Made by a program: the position numbers and the translations under genes. DNA of 53,543 bases from positions 134,461 to 188,003 of the forward strand of contig NW_003314310.1 of NCBI RefSeq assembly GCF_000143415.4, written 5' to 3'. This document shows positions 34,792 to 46,599 of this stretch, piece by piece. A model generated the notes under the pieces. The model was given only the letters and a program-made list of their open reading frames with translations, was not told the DNA's origin and searched no databases. Within the stretch, counting starts at the first letter, position 1, and the number at the start of each line of letters is the position of its first letter. This DNA comes from Selaginella moellendorffii. Lineage: Eukaryota > Plantae > Lycopodiophyta.

Positions 34792-36216
34792 GTATAACAT
34801 ATCTCGGATTGAAAAGGTGATGGGAGTGTCAACTAGTTGCTGAAGAATTGGCTCTGGAACATGAATAGCTGCTGGTGAGATCACAGGAGGAGAAGAGAAT
34901 AGTGACTTGAAGGAGAGCTTACAAGCCACCCTCTATGTCACTAGATTTGGTGCCGATAGAGATTCACTCTCAACCGATTCTGAGGGATCCACGACAGGCT
35001 GAGCAGCTGCCTTCTTCTTCACTTGGGCTTGAGTGGTTGCAATTTGCTACTACTATTTATAGAGTTTCTCGGCTACCAAAATCATGTTGACCAATGAGAC
35101 TGGTGCCTTGCCTTTGCTTGACAAAGGGGCTGCCTCAATTGCTTGTTGCTCCAATTGCTCCTAGTATATTTCTGGACCACGAGATGGTGTGGAGTTGTCA
35201 GCAAAGGGACATTGCTAGACATGTTGAGAAGGTGGAAGCTGAAGCTCTAGGTGAAGGTTGAAGTAGTGTTGTATGTTGTGTGTGTTCATCTCGCAGTGAG
35301 TGCAGCAACGGGACTTGAATTGGCATTCCCAAGCTGGAGCAACCTCCTTCCTGGACTCTACAAGCTTCTAGAGCAGCTATCATGGTGTGACTGTTGTTGA
35401 AAAATTATCTCCTTCAATTGCCGTAGCTCATTGAAGAACTTCTCGATAGCCAAAGTTGTATGCTCAACAACAATGGGCTTTGGTGTTGATGGGCAGACAA
35501 CTACACAAGACAACTCTAATGAGGTGATGGCTTGGTTGAAATTGACTCTGGCAATCCCCAAGTTGACAAGCAGCTCTCTTTCCAACTTTGTGGGAAACAA
35601 AAATGCCTCGCAACAAGACCCAAATGTCTTCTTAAGAAGTTTCCGCTGCAAGTTCCCTCATAGACCTATTGTGAATGCTATTATCCCATACTGCTCATCT
35701 TGGACCACCCTAAGATCCCAACATTGCTTCTAGTATGCTCAAAAATAGGTGATGTAGTCAGGAACAAACTCATGAGCACCCTATCGAAACAAAAAGAGGT
35801 TGATAAGTAATTAATTTGTGGGTTTTTCTTCAATAAAACGTTCTCTAAAAGAAGCAAGTAGTGTCTGGAAGTCCATTTGGTCCTTTGGGAGAAGAGAATC
35901 TACCCAAGTTGCAACTTTGCCTTCAAGAGACTACAAGAAGTTGCGGCATATACAATCATCGTCGAAAATCATGTTTGTGGTGTAGTAGTAATCAAAGCGA
36001 CTAATATGTGATGCTAGAAAGATTTTTCTAACACCTGAAGGGTCAGCAGACCATTCCCTTCTATAAAACATAGAGCTAGGGTTGAGCTAAAGGTGGCTGT
36101 GCCATAGTTTGTAGATCTAAGTCATTGAAATTTACTAAGGATGAAGAAGACTCAACACAAGAAGGTGTCATGTTGTACTTAAGTTGCCTCTAGATGTTAG
36201 AAAGTTTACTCCATAC
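34792..36216 (-). pseudogene. gag: Inverted gag region of A3
   Basis: 35760-36216 is colinear with A1 gag 70-530 but opposite to the orientation of the rest of A3. Confidence 0.85.
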
Positions 36217-36524
36217 CTCCCACTGGGCTCGACCCGAGGGGTAGGGTGTCAAGAGAGCGGGGCTCTCGGGAGAGCTGCGGCTCTTAGCTTCCGTTCACGA
36301 GGGCATGAACTTGCAGGGAAACGTGGTGAATTGTAAGCAACCAAAGGGAACGACTCAAGAGACGGTCCATGGGGTTCAAATATAAAAGGAAAGGGCCCAT
36401 GAATAAGAGTTCACCCCCTTTTCCAATCGGTTAAGGGTCTTGGGATATTCGGGGTTAAGCATCTTTGGGTTTGAATAATACTAGGCTGGGTGCCTCCCAG
36501 GAAGTCCAAACTCAGGAGCTTACA
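36217..36524 (+). mobile_element. Cassandra TRIM, remaining part: second half of internal domain plus LTR 36332-36524
   Basis: Reverse complement of 34199-34505. 5S-like core ggttaagcatctttgggtttgaataatactaggctgggtgcctcccaggaagtcc at about 36453-36507. Confidence 0.92.
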
Positions 36525-36639
36525 TATGCCTTGTCCCTGGATTCAGCTAGTGTTTGGAGGAGTTTGCATGGTTTGGAACACCACAAAGCACCCTCTATAG
36601 GACTCCTCAAGATGTGCACATTGTTAACATGACAAGATA

Positions 36640-36990
36640 TGGTGGAAATCCTAGTCCATTCTTCATCCCGGTGCAGATTAGTACTTCTTCTTACAAGATG
36701 GATGCTTTGGTTGACTCCGGTTCTGCAAGCAATATTATCTCTCTTGAAGTTGCCTTCTCAGCATAGCTACAAATCAGTAATAGCTCCTCCATTGTGCTCA
36801 AAACCTTTGCCAATCACATTGTTCCTCCAACGGGCATTTGCTGTGGTGTCAAGGTCTTGGTGCAGAGTGTTATTTCTGAGGTAGATTTCCTCATGATTGA
36901 CTACTAGTGTCTTTGAATGTGCTATTTGAAGGACTTTATCATCCTCAGCCACTCATGCCAAGTTGCAGCCCATTGCACTATTGACAGTGC
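36640..36990 (+). pseudogene. pol: Aspartic protease of A3
   Basis: FIPVQISTSSYKMDALVDSGSASNIIS. Confidence 0.75.
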
Positions 36991-37914
36991 AAAAGACAGG
37001 ATGGAAATTAGCAATGAAATCCATAGTGCCACCTTTCTCAACAACCATGGCAGAGCTCTTTCTTAGCACACCCAGAAGGTTCAGGCTAAGATGGTCTCCA
37101 CACCACACTTTCCTCCTAAGCTCATAGAGATTTTCCCTGAGTTGGCAGTGGAGTCACCCATATATGCGATAGATGCTTTCTCATGCAATGTGATCGACAT
37201 TGTTGGAGGTGAGTCCAACATCTCTAAACATCTCTCCTCTCTTTATTTGAGAGTAAGGATGAGCCTCTAGCCATGCCCTTTTTATTTGATGGTGGGGCTT
37301 ATAGAGTGCTGGCTTCCACATCCAACTTTTTGGAGTGTTTCCCAATTGAGGAAGGGCTTCTTGATTCATTTCTTGCAGGACCAACTCTCTCTCATGGAGT
37401 TTGATGATACAGCCACTCTAGACTAGGTCCATATTTCACAGAATATAGATGAATTCAGTTTTCTTCAACCACTATTTAAGGTGTCACACAGCTGGCATCT
37501 TCCCACTAAAATCATTGTAGCTGGTGACTCTAAGCATATTTTGTCATGCCATTTTTTGGAGACAAAGGGTATTCATTCAGACAAACAGCTGACAGAAATA
37601 ATTAAGCCAATTGGACATGCTGCATGCAAGCTATATCTCAGTGACTTCAGAATTTCCTACTGTGGAGCCCCTAGTACAGATCCAAGTGTATTGCATTGAA
37701 GATTCAACCCCAGACTTGGACTCAACTTCAATGGAGGATCTTCCCTCACTAGTAGAACACTTGGCTTTAGTCCTTGCATTGGAGATTGTGTGCTTAGAGC
37801 ATCAGAAGCAAGAGAGAGCAAGAGACAAAGGCCTTGGATCCAACAACAATGTTCTTGCCCCACTTTCCAGAGATAGACTTGGTGGATGTGGAGTCTCTAG
37901 CATCTTTATTCAAG

Positions 37915-38330
37915 GAAGAGGACACTCCTATAGTTACAGCTTATTTTGATAGCACTTTCTACCCCAAAATCCAAGTTGCAAGCATTAGAATTTGGATGAT
38001 TGATTTTGTTGAGAACAAAGTAGCCGACCTCTCTATCACTTTATCAGCAATATCAACTAATGAAGTGGAGTACTTGGTAGAGCTATCAGTGCCATGAATT
38101 TTGCCACAGATCTCAAGTTTAAGCAAGCCACTTTCATTAGAGATGTGCAACTCATCATACGCCAATTTACTGGAGAATACCAGATCCACAAAGACAACCT
38201 AAAAGAGCTATGGCAACTTGCGGTCAACCTAAAGGATGAGTTATCTCAGGTGACTTTTCAAAGTTTCCCTTATGAAGAAATTTTTTGGGTAGATAGGTTA
38301 TCACATCAAGCAATCATCACAATACAAGAG
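37915..38330 (+). pseudogene. Additional (archaeal-type, aRH) RNase H domain upstream of RT in A3
   Basis: AYFDS...ISTNEVEYL...AMNFATDLKFKQATFIRDVQLIIRQFTGEYQI...FQSFPYEEIFWVDRLSHQA follows the RNase HI pattern FDG..TNNEAEY..GDSQLV..Q..G.Y..PRE.N..AD.LA. One frameshift. Confidence 0.75.
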
Positions 38331-38479
38331 GCAAAAGACACTCCCAGCTCTTTGATTTCCAAGGTCGAAGAGGAATCTGAGATAGATGAGCCCTCTGAGC
38401 CTAACGTTCCTCTAGACTCCAGGGTTCATGCCATTTTCCTAAGTGATGACAAGGACCTGGTCTTTATCGCCACATTGCT

Positions 38480-40740
38480 TGCTTCAACAAACACAACAAA
38501 GCTTTTGAATCTCCTTCACTGTTTCAAGGATGTGTTTGCTTGGGACTAAAGCCAGATTCTAGGAGTCCCCATAGACACAATCATGCACAACATTATGCTT
38601 TTGGAGTCAGTAAAACCAATTTGTCAAAAGAAGTAGCATTTCAACCCAATAGCTCACTTGGAGATGAAGTTGGAGATTGAGCGACTTTTGGCAGCCTGCT
38701 TTATTTACCCTTTGGAGAACTCAGAGTGGGTGGCCAACCTTGTCCCTACACAAGGAAAATGGAAAACTCCACCTTTGCATTGACTTTCAAGACTTGAACA
38801 AGGCAACTGCAAAAGATCACCTTCCAACTCTATTTATCGATGTGATTGTGGATGAGATGGCCGGATACCAATACTACTTTTTCATGGATGGTTTTTCAGG
38901 CTACAACCAAATCTTCATTCATCTCGATCATCAGGATCTCCTTCTAGACACCTGGGGGCATCTTTGCTTTCAATATCCTACTGTTTGGCTTGTGTAATGC
39001 CAAAGCTCCTTTTTAGCGCTTTATGACCCACACCTTTCACAACTTGATTGGAGATTCCTTTTGGGTGTATATAAATGATTTGTGCATGACCTTTGACTCT
39101 TTTGATGGCCACCCTTTGCACTTGGAGTAGATCTTCACTCATTGCCAAAAACACAAGTTTTCTTTGAACCTAGCAAAGTGTAAGTTTGGGATGATTGAAG
39201 GCTGGTTGCTAGGCTTTGATGTCTCATAGGATGGGATCAAGCCCTAGATGGCCAAATCTCGGGAGATTTTGGATCAGCGCTTGCCAACCAACTTGAAGCA
39301 GCTTTATGGCTTCCTCGGGCAAATAGGTTTCTTTCACCATTTCCTCCACAACTATACTGTAAGTTCATGGTCTCTGATAACTCTGCTATAACACAATGGT
39401 GAGAGCCAACAACAAACCTTTGATTCACTGAAGCAGTCCCTACACACGGCCCCGGTACTCCAGCCACCAGAATAACAACTTCCTTTTGAGATTTACATCA
39501 TAATTGGAACAGAGGCTTTTGGAGCCAACATTTAGAGCCTGGCAAGCCACCTCATGCAACTTGCTATGCCTCACATTCTTTCAAAGAGACTAAGAAGAAG
39601 TATGTGGATGCAGAAAAAGAAGCAGTAGCTATTGTTTACACCTTCTTTTATAGTGATTGGTTCATAGTCCTTGTACTTTATCTTGGATTGTGACCATCGA
39701 AAAGTTCCAGCCAACTTTTTACATGCGGCAGAAGCGTATGATGGATCTAAGTGAGTTCTTAGTTGCTGAAGCTACCTCCTTTGTGGTCCCAGTAGTGTTA
39801 TAGGACATTGCAATGTACCTAGATTCAGGCAAGTTCCTAGCTGATTCCTCATCAGTGCAACAAAAGGCATTAGAGATCCGAGCATGGGGGTTTTGCCTTC
39901 TCAACAGATAACTTTACAGGAGGACTTCTCAAAATGTTTTGTTATGGTGTGTGGGTGAACATAAGGTCCCTGAGCTCCTTTGTGCTTTCCACTCTTGTGT
40001 GGGGCATTTCTCGGGACGGGTCACAGCGCACCTCCTCTTGCGCCATGGCTACTTTGGCCTCGGATTCACTAGGATAGTCTGGACTATGCAAAGGCATGTG
40101 AGCAGTGCCAATGGTTCAACCCTCGGAGCTATGTTCCACGTCTTCCTTTCCAGCTTGTCAGTTCTCCGGGTCCCTTTTTCCAGCGGGGACTTGACCTCAT
40201 TGGTTTGATCAACCCATCGAGCTCAAAAGGACAGCAATACATCATCATGCCAATGAATTATTTCACGAAATGGGTTGAGGCCATCCCTCTACAACAAGCA
40301 GATCAACAATCTACAACAAAGTTTGTCTACAAGTACATCATTTGCCAATTCAAAGTTCCTACAATTTTGATTTCTGATCGTGGTAGTGGCTTCCTTGGAT
40401 AGGTGATGCAGCATCTTCTCCAGTAGCTGCAAGTCAAGCACTTGAAGAACAGCTACTATCCTGAGTGCAATGGCTAGGCAGAGTCCAGCAACAAGATATT
40501 GAAGACAATCATCTTAAAACTTGTGGAGGATCACACAAGGCGTTAGTATATACACTTGGTTACAGCGTTGTGGGCCTTTCGGATGTCAATTAAGACATCC
40601 ATCTTTGCTACCCCATTCTCTCTTGTCTATGGGACAGAGGCTGTGCTTCCAGTGGAGATCTAGATGCCATCACTCTCACTTTCACTTCGATACGCAGTAG
40701 CAATGGAACTTAGTGATGAGGACAAGCTTCATGTGTATGA
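38480..40740 (+). pseudogene. pol: RT, RNase H and integrase of A3, heavily decayed
   Basis: FKDVFAWD, LCIDFQDLNKATAKDHLP, FMDGFSGYNQI, GHFSGRVTA, NYFTKWVEAIPL, ISDRGSGF. Confidence 0.85.
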
Positions 40741-41144
40741 CTTGGGCAATGCATCCCCTCTTCTACCTATCCTTCTTTCTCGATTTTGGCCAATCCTTGG
40801 AGCATACCTAAAGTCATCATGAGGTTGCATTTGCATATTATACTTTCCTAAGCCAAAATCCAGGTACGGGTTAAGTTCTTTGGGTTTTTCTTCTCTTTCC
40901 ATACTTTTCTTCACTTTTTCTTTTACATCAAAGTTTAGTTTGACTATAGGGTTTCCTACCGAGTTTTCCTCCCTGTTTTTCAACTTCACATCTACCCCCT
41001 TTTCTTTTTTTTTCCCACTTTATTTTTCAAGGTTTGTACTATTTCACGCAGTTACTAGCACTTGGCATCAGCAGCAGAGGTACACTCTACACTTTTTATA
41101 GGGTTCTTGTGCCTCTGGAGTCAGTGCGATCCACCGTGGTCGCA

Positions 41145-41332
41145 TGTTAAGGTGTGGCCACTTAGAGAGTGTGAGAGTGAGAGAGAGAATATTCTAATTC
41201 CTGAAATATTCCCTATCCTCCTTGTATAAAACCCTTGCCCCACAGGGGCAAAAGGGGGCATTTGTGAAGAGCATTGGAGCATTTTTTGTATTTGAGCAAG
41301 CGTTGGGGGAAGTGCCCATCCTTCCCCCAATA
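41145..41332 (+). repeat. 3' LTR of A3 (188 bp)
   Basis: tgttaaggtgtggcc...cccccaata, homologous over its full length to the A1 LTR. D-family sequence resumes at 41333. Confidence 0.85.
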
Positions 41333-41529
41333 CCAACTAAGGTGAAAATTCATTTGGTATTTTATGTTAGCTAGTTGAAAGGTGCACTATCTTGGAGTGA
41401 AAGGCCTAATGCCTCCTTGATATATACAGCTGTGGAAGATGGACTAGGAGCTTGAGTAGGTTTCCTTAGAAAGGGCGATCACCGATACAACTCATTCTTG
41501 AGATAAGGACTTTGTTGGGGGGGAAGAAT

Positions 41530-41762
41530 TGTTATGTGCCATCTTTGACCACATGGTCAACATCGGTCAAAGGGAATCTCTCAAAGCTATATTAAGGCAT
41601 GTTAGGGTAAGGAACTTAACTTTACCTAGGGCTCATAATGGAGCAATGGCATAGTGGAGCTTTTGAGGTAGCTCGGGGGTGGTTGGGTGGTGAGGAATCA
41701 AAAGGAGGCGTAGCATAGTCTAGGGAGAATAGGTATTTGTCTTTTAGTGTTGGATCTTAACA
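41530..41762 (+). repeat. 3' LTR of family D (D2)
   Basis: Preceded by PPT gggggggaagaat. Homologous to the D1 LTRs. Confidence 0.9.
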
Positions 41763-42888
41763 AGTGTAAAGATTTTAAGACAATATGGGACTTTTAAGAT
41801 TGTAGAATAATATAGTTTTATATTTCTATTAGATCTGATTCAAACTTCCAAAACCTAAAGATAATTAAATGGGGAAATTTCTTCTGCATTACTGAAATCA
41901 TTTGCCACTTTTGTAAATGTTTTCTTTGCTGACATTTCATTCTTTGTCTTGGCTCTATATAATTGGAAGCTATGATTTGCAACAATACCAGCATAGTTGA
42001 ATGCTCAAAGTTTCTTCTTTTAGGAATATATAAAGTGGATAATATTAGGATTTACAACATTCCAAGTCCAAAAAGACTTGAGATTTTGAATAAGTGCTTG
42101 TAGTAGACCTTATCTTTCTCCCCTTAAGTCAATCAAAGAAAGAGAAATTTTTTTATAAGAAAGTCTTTAATAATTATATTATCCCTATTTATCCCTTAAT
42201 GTTCTAAGGATTCATAGTGACAGTATACCCAAATCTCATCCCATGATTACATTGCTACATTAGCTGCCAACTTTGACTTCATTAATATTCAAAGCTGTTT
42301 GCAATGTTTTTCAATTTTCTGACCTCTTTGTTGATATGCACTTGTTTTCGCATAGGCCTATAAGCGAGCTCCTATCCACATACAATGGCAACATCTTTTT
42401 TGAGCTACTACCTTTTGTTAATTCAAAGTGAAAAAGGATGGAGACTAAGCAAAAGTTCCATAATTGGTGCAAGATCAAGATCATACACTTTTAGCATTTC
42501 AAAGGTATAATGTTTATAGTTCATTATGGTGGGTATTTAGATTATGGATGAAACATGCAATCGAGATGATGGTATAAATTCTACCTTTTTTGAAGTACCT
42601 ACAATCAATCCTCCCACCCATGACATAATTGGTGTTAGATTCAATTGTCGATTTTGCAAGAATACTTCATTATATTGTGTTGTCAGTGCATGGAATATGG
42701 AAAGGGAATATAGAAAATGTGCATATCAATTAGCCCAAAAACCTTAGCTTATATACAGAAGTGAGTGGTCCGAATTGAAACCAATCCGATGGCTACCAAA
42801 ATCCCATTACGCTAATATTAGTATACGGCATCGTAGCCGTACACTTGGCCCTCACATCATCCCGTCCTCTCGGAATAATGGAAGACCA

Positions 42889-45800
42889 TCAGGGTTCTTT
42901 TGTAGATGGGCCGGGATTTGGAGGAACATCAGAAGGAGGCATCGGTGGATCTGTAGGTGGTATTAACTCCTCCTGATCCCTTTGTATGAAGCGTTTCAGC
43001 CGTTGCACATGCACGATCTCTGGAGGATCGGTCTGCTGAACGTCATGCTGAACCTCATAAACTTGTGGTCCAACTTGCCGCAACACCTAATACGGTCCTT
43101 TCCACTGCGCAAGAAGTCCCTTAGATAAACCACGTACCGTTCCCTCTATATTTGAACCCCATGGATCATCTCTCGAGTTGTTCCTTTTGGTTGCTTACAC
43201 CCTCTTCTCACCATGCCCTAGTATGGGGTTAGGACTTGAACCCAACCTTGCTATACTAGAGGGGTTGGACTCGAACCCAACCTTCGTAGAATATGATGGG
43301 GAAAACAGACTAACACCAAATCATCCACTTTGTACTCCGTAGGTGGACAATGATGAGAGTTGTAGCGCCGTTGTTGTCCTACTTGTACACAGCCTAAGTG
43401 TTCAGCAGGCTCTGCTTGGACAAGTGGAAGAATGCTCGTCAAATACTAATCCCACGACCTAGCATCGGCAGCTCGCGGCAATCGCGAAGGTAAACCCAGC
43501 TCCGTTGGTAATATTGGATCATGACCATATAAGAGTTTATATGGTGAAGCATCAACAAAACTTTGCACCTCTGTGACATATGCATACCGAAGAGACAGCA
43601 AATAACCATCCCAATTCGAATGCTGAAAGTTCACATACTTCGCAATCATCCCTTTGAATGTCCGAACAAGCCGCTCCACCAGACCATCTGATTGTGGATG
43701 ATAAGCACTCGTGAAAGTGTGGCGTATCCCCAACCGAGACGTCAAAACATAAAATACCTCAGCCATAAATGCGGGACCATTATCCGAAAGAATCCACTCT
43801 GGACAAGAATGCTGGAACACCACTCGATTGAGGAGGAAGTAGCCAACAGCAGTTGCAGAGGCGCTAGCAAGAGCACCAACTTCCACCCAACGAGTCAAGT
43901 AGTCAGAAGAAATAATAACATACTCATTGCCAGCAGTTGACCGTGGAAAAGGTTCTATAAGATCAAACGCCACCAACTCAAACAGACGGGAAACCGCAAT
44001 TGACTCCAACCGTCCTTCCGCAGCACAAGGGGGAGTATTACGAGCTTGGCACCAAACGCAGCTACACACATACCGGATAACATCACGTTACATCTCCGGC
44101 TAGTATAAAGACCTACGCAGCTTCTTGGTTACACGACAGTGTCCCATATGCCCACCTAGAACAGGAGAATCATGGTAGGCATGGAGAAACTGTGGAATAA
44201 AGACAGAAGGCACCACCAGCCGTAAATGATCCTCAGGATCCGTCCCCACAAAATAAAGAAGGCCATCTTCAAGGCGATATTGAGAATGTAAATGCCGGAA
44301 AGGCAAGTCATCAGCAAGTGATGCAGGATTCTCAAACCCATCTCGAAGCCTTTGAATCCACGGCTCAATCTTTTGAGCCTCGCGAACATCATCAAGAGAA
44401 GGTAGATCTTGCTTTGCGCCTTGTGGACACTGAACGTCAAGGACAGCAACCGCCAACGGCATAGAATCCTCATCTAGAAAATCCACAGATGCTGGAACAA
44501 CAGGCTCGTCAGAAATATGAGAAGTGAGTGAAGAAGGAAGAGGAGCTCGAGAAAGGGCATCAGCATCAGCCATAGAACTCCCTGGGCGATGAACAACATC
44601 AAAATCATATATCTTAAGCTTTAAAGCCCACCGAGCAATACGACTAACCAGGTTCTTCCACTTCAATAATGAAATAACGGCAGCATGGTCACCTTCAAGT
44701 AACGTCTGAGAACCATGTAGATATGCATGAAGTTTCTTGAAACCCCAAACTGCCACTAAACACTCCTTCTTTGTTGTGGAGTAGTTCACCTCTGCTGGTT
44801 GTAACGTACAGCTTATATATGCAATGGGATGGCGCTGACCAGGCACACTCGGGCTCTCTTGCATTAACACACCTCCAAGACCAATATCATAAGCATCAAT
44901 GCGCAAAATAAAAGGTCGAGTGTAGTCAGGATATGCCAAAACCGGAGGAGTCGTCAACAGCTCTTTGAGATCCACAAACGCCCGCTCACAATCTGAAGAC
45001 TAGATGAAAGATGACGTTGATGACTTCAGCAACATTCGCAATGGTGCAGTGCGATCAGAAAGATGATCCACAAAACGACCGAGATACTGCACCTTGCCCA
45101 GGAAGCGCTGCACATCATTCACACACTTCGGAGTAGGGAACTTTAGAACGGCTACGAGTTTGTCAGGATCAACTTGCAAACCCTCACGAGAAATACGGTA
45201 CCCAAGATAAGTTGTGTCCTTGGACCCAAACACGCACTTCGACCGCTTCAGCTTTAAACCAACATCCCGTAGCCAATCCAACACTTTACACACATCACAA
45301 ACGTGCTCTGCCCACGTCCCCTCCGAGTGAATCAAGACATCATCAATGAAGTCAGCAGTCACCTTTAGCATATCACAAAGAACCTCATCCATCATCTGTT
45401 GAAAAGTTGCTGGAGCATTGTTCAAACCAAACGGCATCACCAAGAACTCATACAAACCAAACAGTGTACGAAAAGCAATCTTAGGAATATCTTCGTCGGC
45501 CATCGGTACTTGCCAGTACCCAGAAGCAAGATCTAGCTTGGTGAACCAACGACTTCGCCCCAGGCGATCCAAAAGATTAGCAGTGTGAGGAAGAGGGTAC
45601 ACATCCGGGATCATCACTTCATTTAACGGACGATAGTCGATGTAGAAACAAATACTCCCATCAGGCTTCGTCACAAGATGAGGTTCACATGCCCAAGGAC
45701 TCCGCAACTTCCGAATAACACCCTTCTCCAACATCTCCTTGACGTTTGCACGTAAAATCTTGATCTCCTTGGGTGACTGACGATGAATAGGAGCCTTGAT

Positions 45801-46500
45801 TGGACGAGCATCCCCAGTTGGAATGGGATGACGTGTGGCAATCTTGGCCCCAGACGATAGGTCAAATTCAAAGAGATCAGAATACTCCTTCATGAGCTGG
45901 TCAATAGCTGCAACACAAAGATCATCAGAGGGATCGGAAAAGGGAAGAGCAGAACAAGATGGAAACACAAGAGGAAATAGTGGGGGAACAAAAGTAATGG
46001 AAGTAGAGGTAAAAGTAGAGGGACGAAGAGGTACGGAAGTGAGAGGAATGGATGAAACATAAGGAAGTATGAGACAAGGGGGAGAAGCCTCAAAGTCACA
46101 CTTGGCATGATTGTGCTGCAACCAATCCATACCAAGAATGAGGTCAAAAGCTTGACTCGGCACCACTCGCAATGACTGCAACTCAAGCTCGAGATCGCCC
46201 ACATGCACAACCAGGTCCGCCTCATCTCGTGCACATGCATGTGTACGGCCGTTGCCATAAAGAATGAAAACTGGATCTGCCGCACGACGCAAGTGTAGAC
46301 GACAACGTGTGGCAACAGGTCAAGCAATAGAAGATAAACTTGAACCTGTATCAACCAACACGGAGAGAATAATAGGAGACCTCTTGTTATAAAAACGAGC
46401 TTGGAAAGTAAACACTGGATGAACTGGTGCCGAGTGAACCCCTTGATGATACTCCCGAAAGAAAGATGGAGGGGTCACTAACTTATTCGTGCAAGGTCCC
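42889..46500 (-). pseudogene. pol: pol of G (PR-RT-RH-INT, with stops and frameshifts)
   Basis: VLVDTGSS, KLDLASGYWQV, MPFGLNNAPATFQ, FIDDVLIHS, ADADALSR, HDSPVLGGHMG, DYLTRWVE, SDNGPAF, AYHPQSDGLVER, WKGPY, VHVQRLKRF. Confidence 0.92.
43140..43284 (-). other. Insertion in the G integrase: 60 bp of Cassandra LTR 5' end plus about 85 bp of foreign flank with a duplicated ggactYgaacccaacctt motif
   Basis: 43140-43199 matches 34733-34791. Confidence 0.8.
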
Positions 46501-46599
46501 TCCATTACTCGTGCGACTCCTCGTTTCCCGGATGCACCTCGGTGTCCAAACCTTCCACCGCAGCAGCACCAATGGGACGTTGCTGACACCAAGGTCTCC

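Larger units (their letters stand above)
18994..41332 (+). mobile_element. Element A3: Tat-like Gypsy (gag-PR-aRH-RT-RH-INT), tRNA-Trp primed; hosts B and Cassandra
   Basis: Truncated 5' LTR 18994-19104. PBS tggtgaacttaacgtgat 19107-19124. 5' UTR is colinear with A1 and resumes at 33613. pol domains 36640-40740. 3' LTR 41145-41332. Confidence 0.8.
16422..41762 (+). mobile_element. Element D2: family-D Gypsy shell with most of pol deleted; hosts A3, B, C and Cassandra
   Basis: 5' LTR 16422-16650 plus PBS tggtatcagagg 16652-16663. gag 18407-18993. Integrase tail 41333-41520 matches the reverse complement of 6100-6290. PPT about 41517-41529. 3' LTR 41530-41762. No TSD match. Confidence 0.75.

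Noticed and set aside
34215-36510. 5S rRNA genes
   Set aside because: Only the internal promoter core of about 55-70 nt is present, inside TG...CA LTRs with a PBS. These are Cassandra LTRs.
34106-36524. DNA transposon with long terminal inverted repeats carrying gag
   Set aside because: The inverted repeats are Cassandra pieces. Re-inversion restores both elements and the TSD.
37440-37650. Foreign insert in A3 with integrase-like IIKPIGHAACKL
   Set aside because: Too short, and there is no second copy in the window to define boundaries.
43225-43285. tRNA gene or SINE
   Set aside because: B-box-like motif only. No A-box, cloverleaf or tail is visible.
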